The notes beneath the pieces were generated by a model, which saw nothing but the letters and a program-made list of their open reading frames with translations, did no database searches and was not told the DNA's origin. Source: Candidatus Bathyarchaeota archaeon (GTDB lineage: Archaea > Thermoproteota > Bathyarchaeia > Bathyarchaeales > Bathycorpusculaceae). Taken from it: a stretch of DNA of 64,000 nucleotides. A program made the position numbers and the translations under genes. This document shows, one piece after another, positions 9,507 to 20,465 of this stretch (the first letter of the stretch is position 1; each line of letters begins with the position of its first letter). The stretch is from positions 2,784,001-2,848,000 of the forward strand of contig OY969706.1 of NCBI GenBank assembly GCA_963702095.1, given 5' to 3'.

Positions 9507-10745
9507 TTATTTTTCGACTAACTCGTTGAGTAGCATCATGTAATCTCTGAGTTGACAAAGAATCAAAAAGTTCTCCCTCACATACTCCCTGCCGCTGGCA
9601 CCCATTTTAGCCGCCATGTCCCTGTTTTTCAGAAGATTTATCGTCCGCTCAGCCGCCTGCTCCACCGTATCCACCAAATAACCGTTTTCACCATCGATAA
9701 TCTGCAAGGGGATCCCTCCGACTCTCCGCCCCACCACCGGCACCCCTTTCCAGAGCGCCTCTGCCACGGTTAAACCGAAACCTTCGCGGATTGACATTTG
9801 AAGCACCGCTTGAGATGCACGTTGGAAAGCGTTGACTTCGTGTTCTTTGACGCCTTTTAGGTCGGTGAGGAAATGGATATCTGGGTCTTCGCCTGCGTGT
9901 CGAGCGGTTTTTTCCAGATAAATCCAGCCTTCCGGGTCGTCAGTCGCCATTCCCGCGATTAGCAGTAGCTGTACGTTGGGGAGCTGTTTTTTTACTATTC
10001 TGTAGACGTCTATGCAGCCGGAGGGGTCTTTCCATGGGTCAAAGCGGCCGACTTGGGTGATTATGGGTTGATCGGGTTTTATGTCGAAGCGGTTGAGAAC
10101 TTCTATGACTTCTGAGTCGGTTAAGTCACGGTTTTTTTCGCTTAGAGGATTGATTGAGGGGGGGCGGATTGCGAGGGTTGGGACGTTTAGGCTGGGAACA
10201 ACGTACTGTTTTGCAGTGAAGATTGCGGCGTCATAGCGGCTTATGAAGGGTTCTAGGAACCCCCAAACTGAAAGGTTAGGCGTCGATAAATCCACGTGGC
10301 ACCGCCAAACCCACTTGTTGTTTTTGTTAGGGTAAAACTGGATTAGGGCGGCGGGTTGAGCATCATGCACCATCACGAAGTCAGTGTCTATGATTGAGAG
10401 TTCACTGTTCATCTTATTGTACTCAAGGTAGGTGTGTTCATCCTCTTTAGTCAGGGTCATATTCATGCCCTGCAAGCCATTGTGGATTTTTTTTGTGACT
10501 GTAAAAAAGTCTACCCCGCCTTTGATTACTTCCCAATGCACATCCATCCCGGCATCCCGCATCAGAGGCACTAAACTGTGCAGGATTTCTGCAACTCCCC
10601 CGCCGAAAGCTGTCGAGTTAACGTGAGAGATTGATTTACCCTTTAATTTGTCGCCGAGTGCACGCACACATTGTATTTGGTCCTCTTTAACGATGCCCTC
10701 GTAATCTTTAAGCTCAATTTTCCTTGACAATTCAACTCTTAACAT
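9507..10745 (-). CDS. treT: trehalose synthase (GT4 glycosyltransferase)
   Basis: HVNSTAFGGGVAEIL, HDAQP, WRCHVD, RFDPWK, EGFGLTVAEA; start uncertain (10730/10745). Confidence 0.9.
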   Translation of the reverse strand: MLRVELSRKIELKDYEGIVKEDQIQCVRALGDKLKGKSISHVNSTAFGGGVAEILHSLVPLMRDAGMDVHWEVIKGGVDFFTVTKKIHNGLQGMNMTLTKEDEHTYLEYNKMNSELSIIDTDFVMVHDAQPAALIQFYPNKNNKWVWRCHVDLSTPNLSVWGFLEPFISRYDAAIFTAKQYVVPSLNVPTLAIRPPSINPLSEKNRDLTDSEVIEVLNRFDIKPDQPIITQVGRFDPWKDPSGCIDVYRIVKKQLPNVQLLLIAGMATDDPEGWIYLEKTARHAGEDPDIHFLTDLKGVKEHEVNAFQRASQAVLQMSIREGFGLTVAEALWKGVPVVGRRVGGIPLQIIDGENGYLVDTVEQAAERTINLLKNRDMAAKMGASGREYVRENFLILCQLRDYMMLLNELVEK

Positions 10746-10898
10746 GCAAAAAACCCCAAAAGCCGTTATCACAGAAGTTAGGGACAAAATATTATTTAGT
10801 TCGCCTCTAATAATAAGTTGTTGGAGTTTTAACCGTTAAACGTTAAGGCAACCTTTGGGTTGCGGCGATGCTGTTTTCTGTTTGGTTAAAGCCCCGTT

Positions 10899-12752
10899 TT
10901 GAGGTTATGCCGTTTGCATGTGGGCGCTGATTATCAAGATGGTACGTGCCGTTTCTCAGTGTGGGCTCCAAACAGCAGTCGCCTCACACTTAACCTCACA
11001 GGGGACAATCAGCATCTGCCGATGGATAAAGCTGGAGGCGGCTACTGGACCTACACTGTCGAAGGCTTAGAACCCGGTACCACCTACAAGTATGCCTTAG
11101 ACGGCAAAGAGCCTAAGCCCGACCCCGCCTCGCATTATCAGCCAGACGGCGTTTTTGGACCCTCCGAGGTCATTGACCACGACGAGTATCGTTGGGCAGA
11201 CCGTGACTGGCGAGGCTTGGAACTCAAAGACCTGCTTTTCTATGAAGTACATGTTGGAACCTTCACAGACGAAGGCACACTCAAAGCCATCACACCACGC
11301 ATAAAGGAACTGCTGGCGTTTGGCATAAATGCAGTTGAACTTATGCCTGTCACCCAGTTTTCGGGTTCGCGGAACTGGGGGTATGACGGCGTGTTCCCCT
11401 TTGCATTACAGAACACTTATGGTCGACCAGACGACCTCAAAGCTTTGGTTGACGAGTGCCACCGTTTGGGCGTTGGTTTATTTTTGGATTTTGTCTACAA
11501 TCATCTTGGACCCGAAGGTAACTGCCTAAACGTGTACGGTCCTTACTTTCCAAGCACAAGCATAGGCTCCTGGGGCGCCAACGTAAACCTTGACGGACCC
11601 CAAAACGACGGCGTCCGAAACTACTTCTTAGAAAACACCCTCCACTGGCTCAACCACTACCACATCGACGGCATAAGGCTCGACGCCGTCTTCTCCATGC
11701 ATGACAGCAGCCCAAACCATTTCTTCCAAGGATTAAACATTAAAATGCGTTCATTCAGCGAAAGCAGCGGCAGAAAAGTACATCTAATAGCGGAAAGCGG
11801 CTACAACATCCCAAAGATGCTTACTCCCATCGAGAAGGGCGGATACGGCTTTGACGGGCAGTGGCTTGAGGATTTCCAGCATTCAGTCTTTGCACTCATA
11901 ACAGGTGAGCGAGAAGGCTACTACCACAACTACGGCAGCATAAATGACCTAGCCGAAGCCTTCACAGAAGGATATGTCTACGTGGGCGACGAGCATGAGT
12001 ACAGTCGAAGGCTCCTTGAAGAGTCATATCGTTGGATACCGACTGGCAAACTGGTAGTTTTCAGCCAGAATCATGACCAGATTGGTAATCGTCTCAACGG
12101 CGACCGATTAACTGTGATATCGGGCTTTGAAGCTGGGAAACTGGCGGCAGGCATTGTAATGTTGTCGTCGTATGTGCCTTTGCTGTTCATGGGCGAAGAC
12201 TACGGGGAAACAGCTCCCTTTCTTTTCTTCGCTGATTATCAAAGCAAAGAACTCAACGACGCCGTGCGAGTGGGGAGAAAAAAAGAGTTCGAAAACTTCC
12301 ATTGGAGCGGCGAAGTCCCTGACCCGCAGAGCCCCGAGACATTTTTGAAGTCGAAGCTTAACTGGCAACAACGCTACAGTGGACGGGGCCAACAAATCGC
12401 TGCTTACTACCATGCCCTGATTGAGCTTAGAAAACAGCATCCCCTCTTTCAAGCGGACACCGACCGCAGGATTAAGCATATCACTACACAGGGAAACATT
12501 CTTTTTATCCATAAACAACTCGAAGCCTCAGAAGCCATAGTAATCGCGAACTTTTCCAAGGACCCCGCAGGTTACACTTTCCCCTTCGAAGACGGCAATT
12601 ACCTGAAAGTACTTGATTCAGCAGACAAGGCTTGGGCAGGTCCTGGTTCCACACTTCCCGCTTCAGCTGTCAGAGGTGACAGTCACCAAATAGGCGGCTT
12701 CAATTTAGCAGTGTTCTTCAAAGAGCCCAGCGGGGGAAAAAGGGTTGGCTGA
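10899..12752 (+). CDS. treZ: malto-oligosyltrehalose trehalohydrolase (GH13)
   Basis: DPASHYQPDGV, RNWGYDGV, DFVYNH, GIRLDA, QNHDQIGNR. Confidence 0.95.
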   Translation: MRLCRLHVGADYQDGTCRFSVWAPNSSRLTLNLTGDNQHLPMDKAGGGYWTYTVEGLEPGTTYKYALDGKEPKPDPASHYQPDGVFGPSEVIDHDEYRWADRDWRGLELKDLLFYEVHVGTFTDEGTLKAITPRIKELLAFGINAVELMPVTQFSGSRNWGYDGVFPFALQNTYGRPDDLKALVDECHRLGVGLFLDFVYNHLGPEGNCLNVYGPYFPSTSIGSWGANVNLDGPQNDGVRNYFLENTLHWLNHYHIDGIRLDAVFSMHDSSPNHFFQGLNIKMRSFSESSGRKVHLIAESGYNIPKMLTPIEKGGYGFDGQWLEDFQHSVFALITGEREGYYHNYGSINDLAEAFTEGYVYVGDEHEYSRRLLEESYRWIPTGKLVVFSQNHDQIGNRLNGDRLTVISGFEAGKLAAGIVMLSSYVPLLFMGEDYGETAPFLFFADYQSKELNDAVRVGRKKEFENFHWSGEVPDPQSPETFLKSKLNWQQRYSGRGQQIAAYYHALIELRKQHPLFQADTDRRIKHITTQGNILFIHKQLEASEAIVIANFSKDPAGYTFPFEDGNYLKVLDSADKAWAGPGSTLPASAVRGDSHQIGGFNLAVFFKEPSGGKRVG

Positions 12753-15177
12753 ACACTACATCTGTATCCACGGCCACTTTTATCAGCCGCCTCGAGAGAA
12801 TCCTTGGCTTGAAGAAGTTGAATTCCAAGATTCTGCTCAGCCCTACCATGACTGGAACGAGCGGGTAACCGCCGAATGCTACGCGCCAAACGCTGTTTCA
12901 CGAGTTATGGATTCCCAGTGGCGCATCATCGGTTTAATCAACAATTACTCCCGCATCAACTTCAACTTTGGACCCACCTTGATGTATTGGCTTGATAGGC
13001 ATAAACCGGAAGTTTACCAATCGATTCTTAACGCTGACAAGGAAAGTATGCAGAACTTTTCAGGGCACGGCTCTGCCATCGCACAGGTGTACAATCACAT
13101 GATTTTGCCCTTGGCTAACCGCAGAGACAAAGAAACACAGGTGAAATGGGCTATACGGGATTTCGAGGTGAGGTTTGGACGTTTACCCGAGGGCATGTGG
13201 CTGCCTGAAACAGCGGTCGATACAGAATCGCTTGAGGTTCTAGCGGAGAACAACATTAAATTCACAATTCTCTCGCCTGTTCAAGCCTCAAAAATTCGTA
13301 AGATCGGCGAGGAGGTATGGGTTGATGTCTCAAACAGTAAAATTGACCCAAGACGCGCCTACCAGTGCAATTTGCCCTCAGGAAGAAAAATCAGCCTGTT
13401 CTTTTTTGATAAGAAAACCGCCAGCGACATCGCCTTCGGTAACCTCCTTGAGAACGGTGAAGCATTCGCTAAACGTTTAGTCGATGCCCTAAACGGCGAC
13501 GGTACAGAACCGCAGCTTGAAAGTGTAGCAAGCGACGGTGAACTCTACGGTCACCATCACCCTCACGGCGACATGACGCTGGCTTACTGCATTTACTACA
13601 TAGCTTCAGATGGCGCCCCTAACCTGGCGAATTATTCTGAGTTTCTGGAGCGGTATCCTCCCGTAGACGAGGTGCAGATTGTAGAGAACACTTCTTGGAG
13701 TTGCATGCACGGTGTGGAACGTTGGAGAAGCGATTGTGGCGATAACATGGGGCATGTAGGCTGGAATCAGAAGTGGCGTAAACCCCTGCGTGAAGCCATG
13801 GATTGGCTGCGGGATACATTGGCTCCGCGTTTTGAGTTGGAAGCCGCTCAGTACCTCAAAGACCCGTGGGGTGCACGCAACGATTACATAGGGGTGATTT
13901 TAGATCGTTCTCGCAGTAACATCGAGGCTTTTCTAGCTGAACATGCGAAAAAACAGTTGGTTGAAGATGAAAAACGCCGCGTTATTAAGATGCTTGAGAT
14001 GCAACGCCACGCCATGCTAATGTACACTAGTTGCGGATGGTTTTTCGATGAAATCTCAGGCATTGAAGCGGTACAGGTTATGATGTATGCGGCACGGGTC
14101 ATGCAGTTGGCCGACGACGTCTTTGACTTAGACCTCGAAGACCAGTACATCCATATTTTAGAGCAGGCGCCAAGCAACATAGCAGAATTCCAGAACGGCG
14201 CAAAAATCTACAACATATTCGTTAAACCAGCAATCGTGGACTTCACAAGAATAAGCGCCCAAGCAACGATAAGGGAGCTTTTTGCCGAAGACATAAAGTC
14301 CGCTCCTATTACTCCCTCAATGCCCAACTGCTCCTACACAACAACATTGGACAGTGTTGAGAAACGGGATGACGGCAAGTTTAGGCTCATCATTAACCGC
14401 TGCACCGTATTCTCTTCTACTACTCTTGATGATCAAACATTTAGTTGCGCAGCAATTTGGTTGGGTGATCACAATGTCACCTGCGGAGCAGCCCATGACA
14501 TGCAGAAACGCACTTTTAACTTGATGCGGGAAAAACTAGTCACAAGCTTCGAAAACGGTCAGATAAACGAGATAATTGTCGCGCTATCAAAGTATTTTGG
14601 GCATAACTATTCGCTAAAAGACCTCTTCAAAGACGACCAACACTACATCCTCGAATTCATAATTGCTGACGGCTTAAGAAAAGCCAAGGAACTCTACGAA
14701 ATCATATACCGTGAAAGCTCAACCATGCTACGTTTCATGAAACAGAACAATATTCCCCCACCTAAGCCCCTGCAGTCCGCAGCGGAAACAGTGCTTAACA
14801 TGCAGATGGCTGAGTCGCTTTTAGCTAAACCCACTGACCTTGAGAAACTCCGCAAAGTTATAGATGACTCCAAAAGCCTCTCAGTATCACTTGACTACAA
14901 ACTACTGCCTTTTTTGGCTAGCGAAAAAATAACCTCTGAATTCGTTAGGCTCGCTGAGGAACCTGAAAACCTTGAAACCATAAACACAATAACCGTGTTA
15001 ATCCGCATGGTTAGAGAATTACATTTTGAACTTGACCTCTGGCAATCCCAAAATATAGCATTCAAAATCGCTCAGAACCAATATCAAGTGTTCAAGCTGA
15101 GAAAAGACGAGTTTTCAGCAGCATGGATTGCAGCCTTTTGGGAGTTGTGCAATTTAATTGGGATACGGTTGGCTTAA
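12745..15177 (+). CDS. GH57 family protein with DUF3536-like C-terminus
   Basis: HGHFYQPPRENPW, GMWLPETA, DGELYGHH, MYTSCGWFFDE. Confidence 0.9.
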   Translation: MAEHYICIHGHFYQPPRENPWLEEVEFQDSAQPYHDWNERVTAECYAPNAVSRVMDSQWRIIGLINNYSRINFNFGPTLMYWLDRHKPEVYQSILNADKESMQNFSGHGSAIAQVYNHMILPLANRRDKETQVKWAIRDFEVRFGRLPEGMWLPETAVDTESLEVLAENNIKFTILSPVQASKIRKIGEEVWVDVSNSKIDPRRAYQCNLPSGRKISLFFFDKKTASDIAFGNLLENGEAFAKRLVDALNGDGTEPQLESVASDGELYGHHHPHGDMTLAYCIYYIASDGAPNLANYSEFLERYPPVDEVQIVENTSWSCMHGVERWRSDCGDNMGHVGWNQKWRKPLREAMDWLRDTLAPRFELEAAQYLKDPWGARNDYIGVILDRSRSNIEAFLAEHAKKQLVEDEKRRVIKMLEMQRHAMLMYTSCGWFFDEISGIEAVQVMMYAARVMQLADDVFDLDLEDQYIHILEQAPSNIAEFQNGAKIYNIFVKPAIVDFTRISAQATIRELFAEDIKSAPITPSMPNCSYTTTLDSVEKRDDGKFRLIINRCTVFSSTTLDDQTFSCAAIWLGDHNVTCGAAHDMQKRTFNLMREKLVTSFENGQINEIIVALSKYFGHNYSLKDLFKDDQHYILEFIIADGLRKAKELYEIIYRESSTMLRFMKQNNIPPPKPLQSAAETVLNMQMAESLLAKPTDLEKLRKVIDDSKSLSVSLDYKLLPFLASEKITSEFVRLAEEPENLETINTITVLIRMVRELHFELDLWQSQNIAFKIAQNQYQVFKLRKDEFSAAWIAAFWELCNLIGIRLA

Positions 15178-15180
15178 TCT

Positions 15181-17721
15181 TTGAAGGCGCCCATAGCAAC
15201 CTACCGTGTACAGCTGAACAAAAACTTCACTTTTAGCGACATTAGAGCCGTTTTGCCCTACCTAAAAGCACTCGGCGTTTCCCACATATATGCTTCTTCT
15301 ATTTTCCAAGCCAAAAAAGGAAGCCTACACGGCTATGACGTAGTAGACCCAACTGTTATCAACGAAGAGTTAGGCGGCAGGGAAGGCTTTGAAGAGCTCG
15401 CCAAAGAAGTTCACCGCTTGGGTTTGGGGTGGCTCCAAGACATCGTGCCCAACCACGCCTCCTATTCCTTGGAAAACAGGTGCATCTACGATGTACTTGA
15501 GAACGGGGCTGGCTCTCGTTACGGAGGCTTTTTTGATGTAGACTGGAACCAACCCTCCAAAAAACTGCATGGTAAACTGCTGGTGCCCTTTCTCACCGAG
15601 CCAATCCAACGCAGCATAAGCGAAGGCAAACTAGTGCTGGTCTACACCGGTGGATTCAAAATAAAATATAACGGTCTCGAGTTTCCCCTAAGCACGGAAA
15701 CCGAACAGCAACTTCAAAGCATAGGCGAATCCGTAGCCATTCAAGAATACAACAGCAACCCCGCACTACTCAAACAACTCCTCTCTAAACAACACTATCG
15801 CTTATCCTACTGGAAAACAGCCCTAAAACACATCAACTACCGCCGCTTCTTCGACATACTCGACTTAATCGGCGTCCGCATGGAAAACCCGGTTGCTTTC
15901 GAGGAGTTCCACAGCTTAATTTTTAGTTTGGCGCAGACGGGCGTGTTTTCTGGGTTAAGAGTTGACCACATCGACGGTCTCTATGACCCCGCGGTGTACC
16001 TGCAGCAGCTTCGCAAACATTGCCCAGACATGTACTTGCTGGTAGAAAAAATATTGACAGGCGACGAAGAGCTTGCCTCTTGGCCAGTCGAGGGTACCAC
16101 GGGATACGAGTTTCTCGACCGCCTCAACAAGCTTTTCGTTTTGGGCTCGTCTGAACCAGAATTCGATGCTCTCTACCGCGATTTCACGGGCAACACCCAA
16201 TCCTTTGAAAAGCAGCTCTACGAAGCCAAAAAAGCTGTCCTAGAAACCGCCTTTCTTGGGGACGTAAGAAACCTTGCATGGCTCTTTAGCGTTACCCTGC
16301 AGAAAACTGGTTACACAGGCAGATTTGACCGAGATGGTTTGGTGTCGGCTGTGGTTGAATTGATGGCTAACTTTCCAGTTTATCGGTCCTACATCGATGG
16401 GCAGCAGAGAAGCAGCATCAGCTTCAGGGTAGCCCTTGAACTAGCCGAAATGTACAATCCCAATTCAACAGATGAACTCACCGCCATAGCTTACTTGCTA
16501 AAAAAAGCCCAAACCTCCCCCCCAGCGCTCCATGCATTGATGCGTTTCCAGCAGTTCACAGGAGCCGTCATGGCAAAAGGCTTCGAAGACACCGCGCTCT
16601 ACCGCTACCTAAGACTGCTGTCGCTCAACGAGGTCGGCTCAAACCCTACCCAATTCGGCATAACCAAACAGCGCTTCTACGAGTTCAACTTGCAACGACA
16701 GCAAAAGTGGCCCCTTACACTCAACGCCTCCAGCACGCATGACACAAAACGGGGCGAAGACGTCCATGCAAGGCTAAACGTGTTAAGCGAATTGCCAGCT
16801 GAATTCCGCTCTTTCCTCGAGCAAATAAGGAATGTTGCTCCACAAAAGAAGCAGATTGGCAGTGTGTTTGCTCCTGATGGCAATGAGGAGTTCTGCCTCT
16901 ACCAAACCCTCTTAGGCGCCTATCCCTGGAGCCAAACCGAGCAAGAGGCGTTTTTGGAACGCGTAAAACTGTACATGCTCAAGGCGTTGCGGGAAGCCAA
17001 AGTCCACACTAACTGGATAACCCCAAACCTGCCCTATGAAGAAGCAGTCGCCACTTTTACAACTAACCTCCTCGATAGTCAAACTTTCAAGGAAGCTTTC
17101 TTGCCTTTCCAGAAAAAAATCGCCTACTACGGCGCGTACAACAGCCTCTCCCAAACCCTACTCAAAATCACCTGCCCCGGCGTCCCCGACTTCTACCAGG
17201 GCAGCGAACTCTGGAACCTAAGCCTCGTGGACCCCGACAACCGCGGCATCGTCGATTATGAGTTGGGGCAGAGGTTGCTGCTGGAAATTCGGCAGCTACA
17301 GATCTCGCATTCGCCGGAACTTCTCTGTGATATTAGCAGTGGAAAACTCAAGCTCTACTTAATCATTAAGGCTCTTAGGTTCCGGGGCAAGTATAAGCTG
17401 CTGTTTGAAGAAGGAATGTTTCTTCCGCTGGATGTTAAGGGCATGTATGCGGAGAATGTGGTTGCTTTCTGCAGAAAAACACAGGTTAACTACGCCCTTG
17501 TTGTCGTGCCCCGTTTCTTGACCGGACTGCTTAAGCCTGAAGCTGTCTGGAGCAGCATCAATTGGGGGGACACCTACATCTCCCTGCCGTCCGATGCACC
17601 CACAAAGTGGACCGAAACCTTCACCGGCAAAACGGTACAAACTAATACTGGTCAGCTGTTTCTGCATGAGGTCTTGGATGTTTTCCCTGTGGCGTTACTC
17701 AGAGGTGAAGCCATTGGATAG
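15181..17721 (+). CDS. treY: malto-oligosyltrehalose synthase
   Basis: ATYRVQ, HGYDVVD, DIVPNH, INYRRFFD, RVDHIDGL, STHDTKRGED. Confidence 0.95.
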   Translation: MKAPIATYRVQLNKNFTFSDIRAVLPYLKALGVSHIYASSIFQAKKGSLHGYDVVDPTVINEELGGREGFEELAKEVHRLGLGWLQDIVPNHASYSLENRCIYDVLENGAGSRYGGFFDVDWNQPSKKLHGKLLVPFLTEPIQRSISEGKLVLVYTGGFKIKYNGLEFPLSTETEQQLQSIGESVAIQEYNSNPALLKQLLSKQHYRLSYWKTALKHINYRRFFDILDLIGVRMENPVAFEEFHSLIFSLAQTGVFSGLRVDHIDGLYDPAVYLQQLRKHCPDMYLLVEKILTGDEELASWPVEGTTGYEFLDRLNKLFVLGSSEPEFDALYRDFTGNTQSFEKQLYEAKKAVLETAFLGDVRNLAWLFSVTLQKTGYTGRFDRDGLVSAVVELMANFPVYRSYIDGQQRSSISFRVALELAEMYNPNSTDELTAIAYLLKKAQTSPPALHALMRFQQFTGAVMAKGFEDTALYRYLRLLSLNEVGSNPTQFGITKQRFYEFNLQRQQKWPLTLNASSTHDTKRGEDVHARLNVLSELPAEFRSFLEQIRNVAPQKKQIGSVFAPDGNEEFCLYQTLLGAYPWSQTEQEAFLERVKLYMLKALREAKVHTNWITPNLPYEEAVATFTTNLLDSQTFKEAFLPFQKKIAYYGAYNSLSQTLLKITCPGVPDFYQGSELWNLSLVDPDNRGIVDYELGQRLLLEIRQLQISHSPELLCDISSGKLKLYLIIKALRFRGKYKLLFEEGMFLPLDVKGMYAENVVAFCRKTQVNYALVVVPRFLTGLLKPEAVWSSINWGDTYISLPSDAPTKWTETFTGKTVQTNTGQLFLHEVLDVFPVALLRGEAIG

Positions 17722-19207
17722 CCCCCAGCGAGCCAGCGGCATCCTATTGCACGTTACTTCTTTGCCTTCAACCTCTAGCATAGGCGACTTGGGACCCCAA
17801 AGCTACCAGTTTGTGGATTTGCTCGATAGCATAAATCAGCATTACTGGAGTATTTTGCCGCTTGGGCGAACGCGCTTAGAAGACGGTAACTCTCCTTACC
17901 AGACCAGCTCCGCTTACGCAGGCAATCCGCTCCTAATCAGCCAAGAGAAACTGGTTGAGGATGGTTTGCTGCCTAAAACATCAGCCAAAACCGTCGAGGC
18001 GACCAAGAGCAAAGTAAACTTTAAAGAAGTATACGAGAGCAAAAAGGCAGTTTTAAAAGACGCTTACCAGCATTTCAAAGCATCCGGCGTCCAAAAATCA
18101 GAGTTCGAAGCTTTCTGCATCCAAAACAGAGGCTGGCTAGAAGACTACGCTCTCTATACCACCCTACGACAGAGGGCACAGGTGCCTTGGTACTTGTGGC
18201 TTGCATCCCTGCGTGACCGCGACCCAAAAGCGTTGGCGCAGAAACAGCAGCAACTAACCTCAGAGATTGAGTTTGAAAAGTATGTGCAATACCTCTTCTT
18301 TATCCAATGGCGAAGCCTCAAAGACCACTGCAAAGAAAAGGAAATCAGCATCGTCGGGGACATGTCCTTCTATGTGGCTTATGACAGCGCCGATGTTTGG
18401 GTTCACCCTGAACTGTTCAGCCTAACAAAAACTGGCAGACCCATCTACATAGGCGGCGTCCCACCTGACTATTTTAGCGCTACTGGACAGCTTTGGGGCA
18501 ACCCCGTCTACAACTGGCCCAAACACCAAGAAACAGGGTTCGCTTGGTGGATGGACCGTATGGGGCACAATCTGCGGCTGTTTGACACCTTGCGTCTGGA
18601 CCATTTTAGGGGTTTTGTGGCTTACTGGCAAGTATCGGCCAGAGCCGTGGATGCAGTCAATGGGCGCTGGGTGAATGCGCCCTCAGCGGCTTTTTTTGGC
18701 AAACTAAAAACTGCTTTTCCGTCACTGCCGTTTATAGCTGAAGACCTCGGCTACATTGACGAGCCAGTTCGGCAAGCAATCCAGAAGCTGGGGGTGCCGG
18801 GGATGAGGGTGCTCCTGTTTGGTCTAGACGGTTCAAAGAACAACCCGCATACCCCAACCAATTATGTGGAAAACGCAGTGGTCTACACTGCAACCCACGA
18901 CACCAACACTGTTCAGGGCTGGTTTACTATAGAGGCATCCCCTGAGGAAAAAGCGAACCTGTTCGGCTTATTGGGCAGAAAAGTGCCTGAAAAAGACCTT
19001 AGCTTCGAAGCAGTTAAGCTTGTGGAGGCTTCCGTTCCAGATTTATGCATCGTTCCCTTGCAGGATGTGTTGGGGTTGGGTGCAGAGGCGCGGATGAACT
19101 GCCCTAGCCGGGCGTTTGGGAACTGGGAGTGGCGGGTAACTGAAGCACAATTGGCAAGTGACAGGCTGCTGCAGCATGGCGAAGTCACTGCTGAATCAGA
19201 CAGATAG
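17714..19207 (+). CDS. malQ: 4-alpha-glucanotransferase (GH77)
   Basis: RASGILLHVTSLP, GQLWGNP, RLDHFRGF, IAEDLG, THDTNT; TTG start after GAGGTGA. Confidence 0.93.
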   Translation: MDSPQRASGILLHVTSLPSTSSIGDLGPQSYQFVDLLDSINQHYWSILPLGRTRLEDGNSPYQTSSAYAGNPLLISQEKLVEDGLLPKTSAKTVEATKSKVNFKEVYESKKAVLKDAYQHFKASGVQKSEFEAFCIQNRGWLEDYALYTTLRQRAQVPWYLWLASLRDRDPKALAQKQQQLTSEIEFEKYVQYLFFIQWRSLKDHCKEKEISIVGDMSFYVAYDSADVWVHPELFSLTKTGRPIYIGGVPPDYFSATGQLWGNPVYNWPKHQETGFAWWMDRMGHNLRLFDTLRLDHFRGFVAYWQVSARAVDAVNGRWVNAPSAAFFGKLKTAFPSLPFIAEDLGYIDEPVRQAIQKLGVPGMRVLLFGLDGSKNNPHTPTNYVENAVVYTATHDTNTVQGWFTIEASPEEKANLFGLLGRKVPEKDLSFEAVKLVEASVPDLCIVPLQDVLGLGAEARMNCPSRAFGNWEWRVTEAQLASDRLLQHGEVTAESDR

Positions 19208-19300
19208 GTGTTTTATATTGCTGCCAGTAGCACGGCGAAGAACCCATAGTTGTAGGGGCAGTAGGTCATTTTGGAGTTAGCAGGGTATGAGTACATTCAA

Positions 19301-19473
19301 CATGCTTCCACACCCACATCCCGATTGTTTCTGCATGGAGTCATGTTGGGCGTGTGGTGGAAAACGCCTTTGCCACACCGAAACAGGCAGTGAAAAACGT
19401 TGAAAAAATGAAAAGCAACCGCCCCAAACCACCTTCTTGTGGTGCCCTGCAAAACGCCACACTCACATAAAGA
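19301..19473 (-). repeat. dispersed intergenic repeat family R2, copy 1
   Basis: Reverse complement aligns without gaps to 27016-27188. Confidence 0.85.
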
Positions 19474-19521
19474 ACCTGAGAATAGAGTCGCTCCACTACA
19501 TCCCTAAAGTCTTTAAACTCT

Positions 19522-20297
19522 TCATATGATTTGTAGCGTCAACTCTATTAGGCTCACCGTAACCGCCATCGTGACTGCTCCGTAGAGGTTTCTTGTTTTC
19601 CAGGTTACTTACAGTTGGCTTGAAAAAGTCATTATACTGCAGAGTTGCCATACCCACCAGTTTGCCCCAACAAAACTTTGATGGGCAAACACAGCGAGTA
19701 CTGCTAGGAGCACCGTGTTCTCTTTTCCCAGGTACCGATAGAAAAGTAACCCAACGAAGAACAGGGTTTGCAGCGTCACCGACACTACGCTGACCAACAC
19801 AACCCACAGAGCCAACCCGCCCGTGGTGTATTTTGTAACCCATTGTTCATGGAAAAAGAAGTTGGTTAACAGAAAATTGTGGATGCAAATACCGTTCCCA
19901 GAACAGTATAGCGGATGGTTCTCTTTTTATCGCCGACTTTTAGCCCCAAATCCAGCGTAGCTCGGCTTTGCCTGTTTAACAGGGCAATTGCCAGCAACGG
20001 AACCACAGCATAGGCGAGTACGTTTGTGAGGAGATAGTTCAAGGTTAAGCTGTTGTCGAACAGTGGCTGCTCTGGAAGGGCTATGGGGAAGATGAATTGG
20101 ATGAGTCTGCCATGGAGGGTTAAGAAGACAAAACTCAACAGAAAAGCCGGTAGTGCCCACTCGTAGAGGCGGGTTTTTCTATGCGCCGCCTTGAGGACTG
20201 TTGCGATTAGCACTGCGGCTACTGCGATTAGGAGGGTTGTGATGTTTAATCCGAAGAGGCCATAGTAGGTTGGGTGGGCGCTTATTGGTAAGCTCAT
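19522..20297 (-). pseudogene. degenerate CPBP/CAAX-protease-like membrane protein (one frameshift near 19872, one in-frame TAA near 19610)
   Basis: ORF 19866-20297 continues in another frame (LLTNFFFHEQW...LQTLFFVGLL) and past TAA into VTWKTRNLYGAV... Confidence 0.65.
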
Positions 20298-20465
20298 AGT
20301 GGTCGCATAGGGTTCTGTGCTGGTAAAGATATGTTTTGAGGTACAGTCGTTTACTAGTACAGTTATTTAAGGTTATTTTCGCAAAAAAGCCCTAAAATAG
20401 CCTCATTTGATTAGATGGATAGGCTTAAGAATGGTTGCTCGCATGTTTCCTCGGAGATGCCTTCA

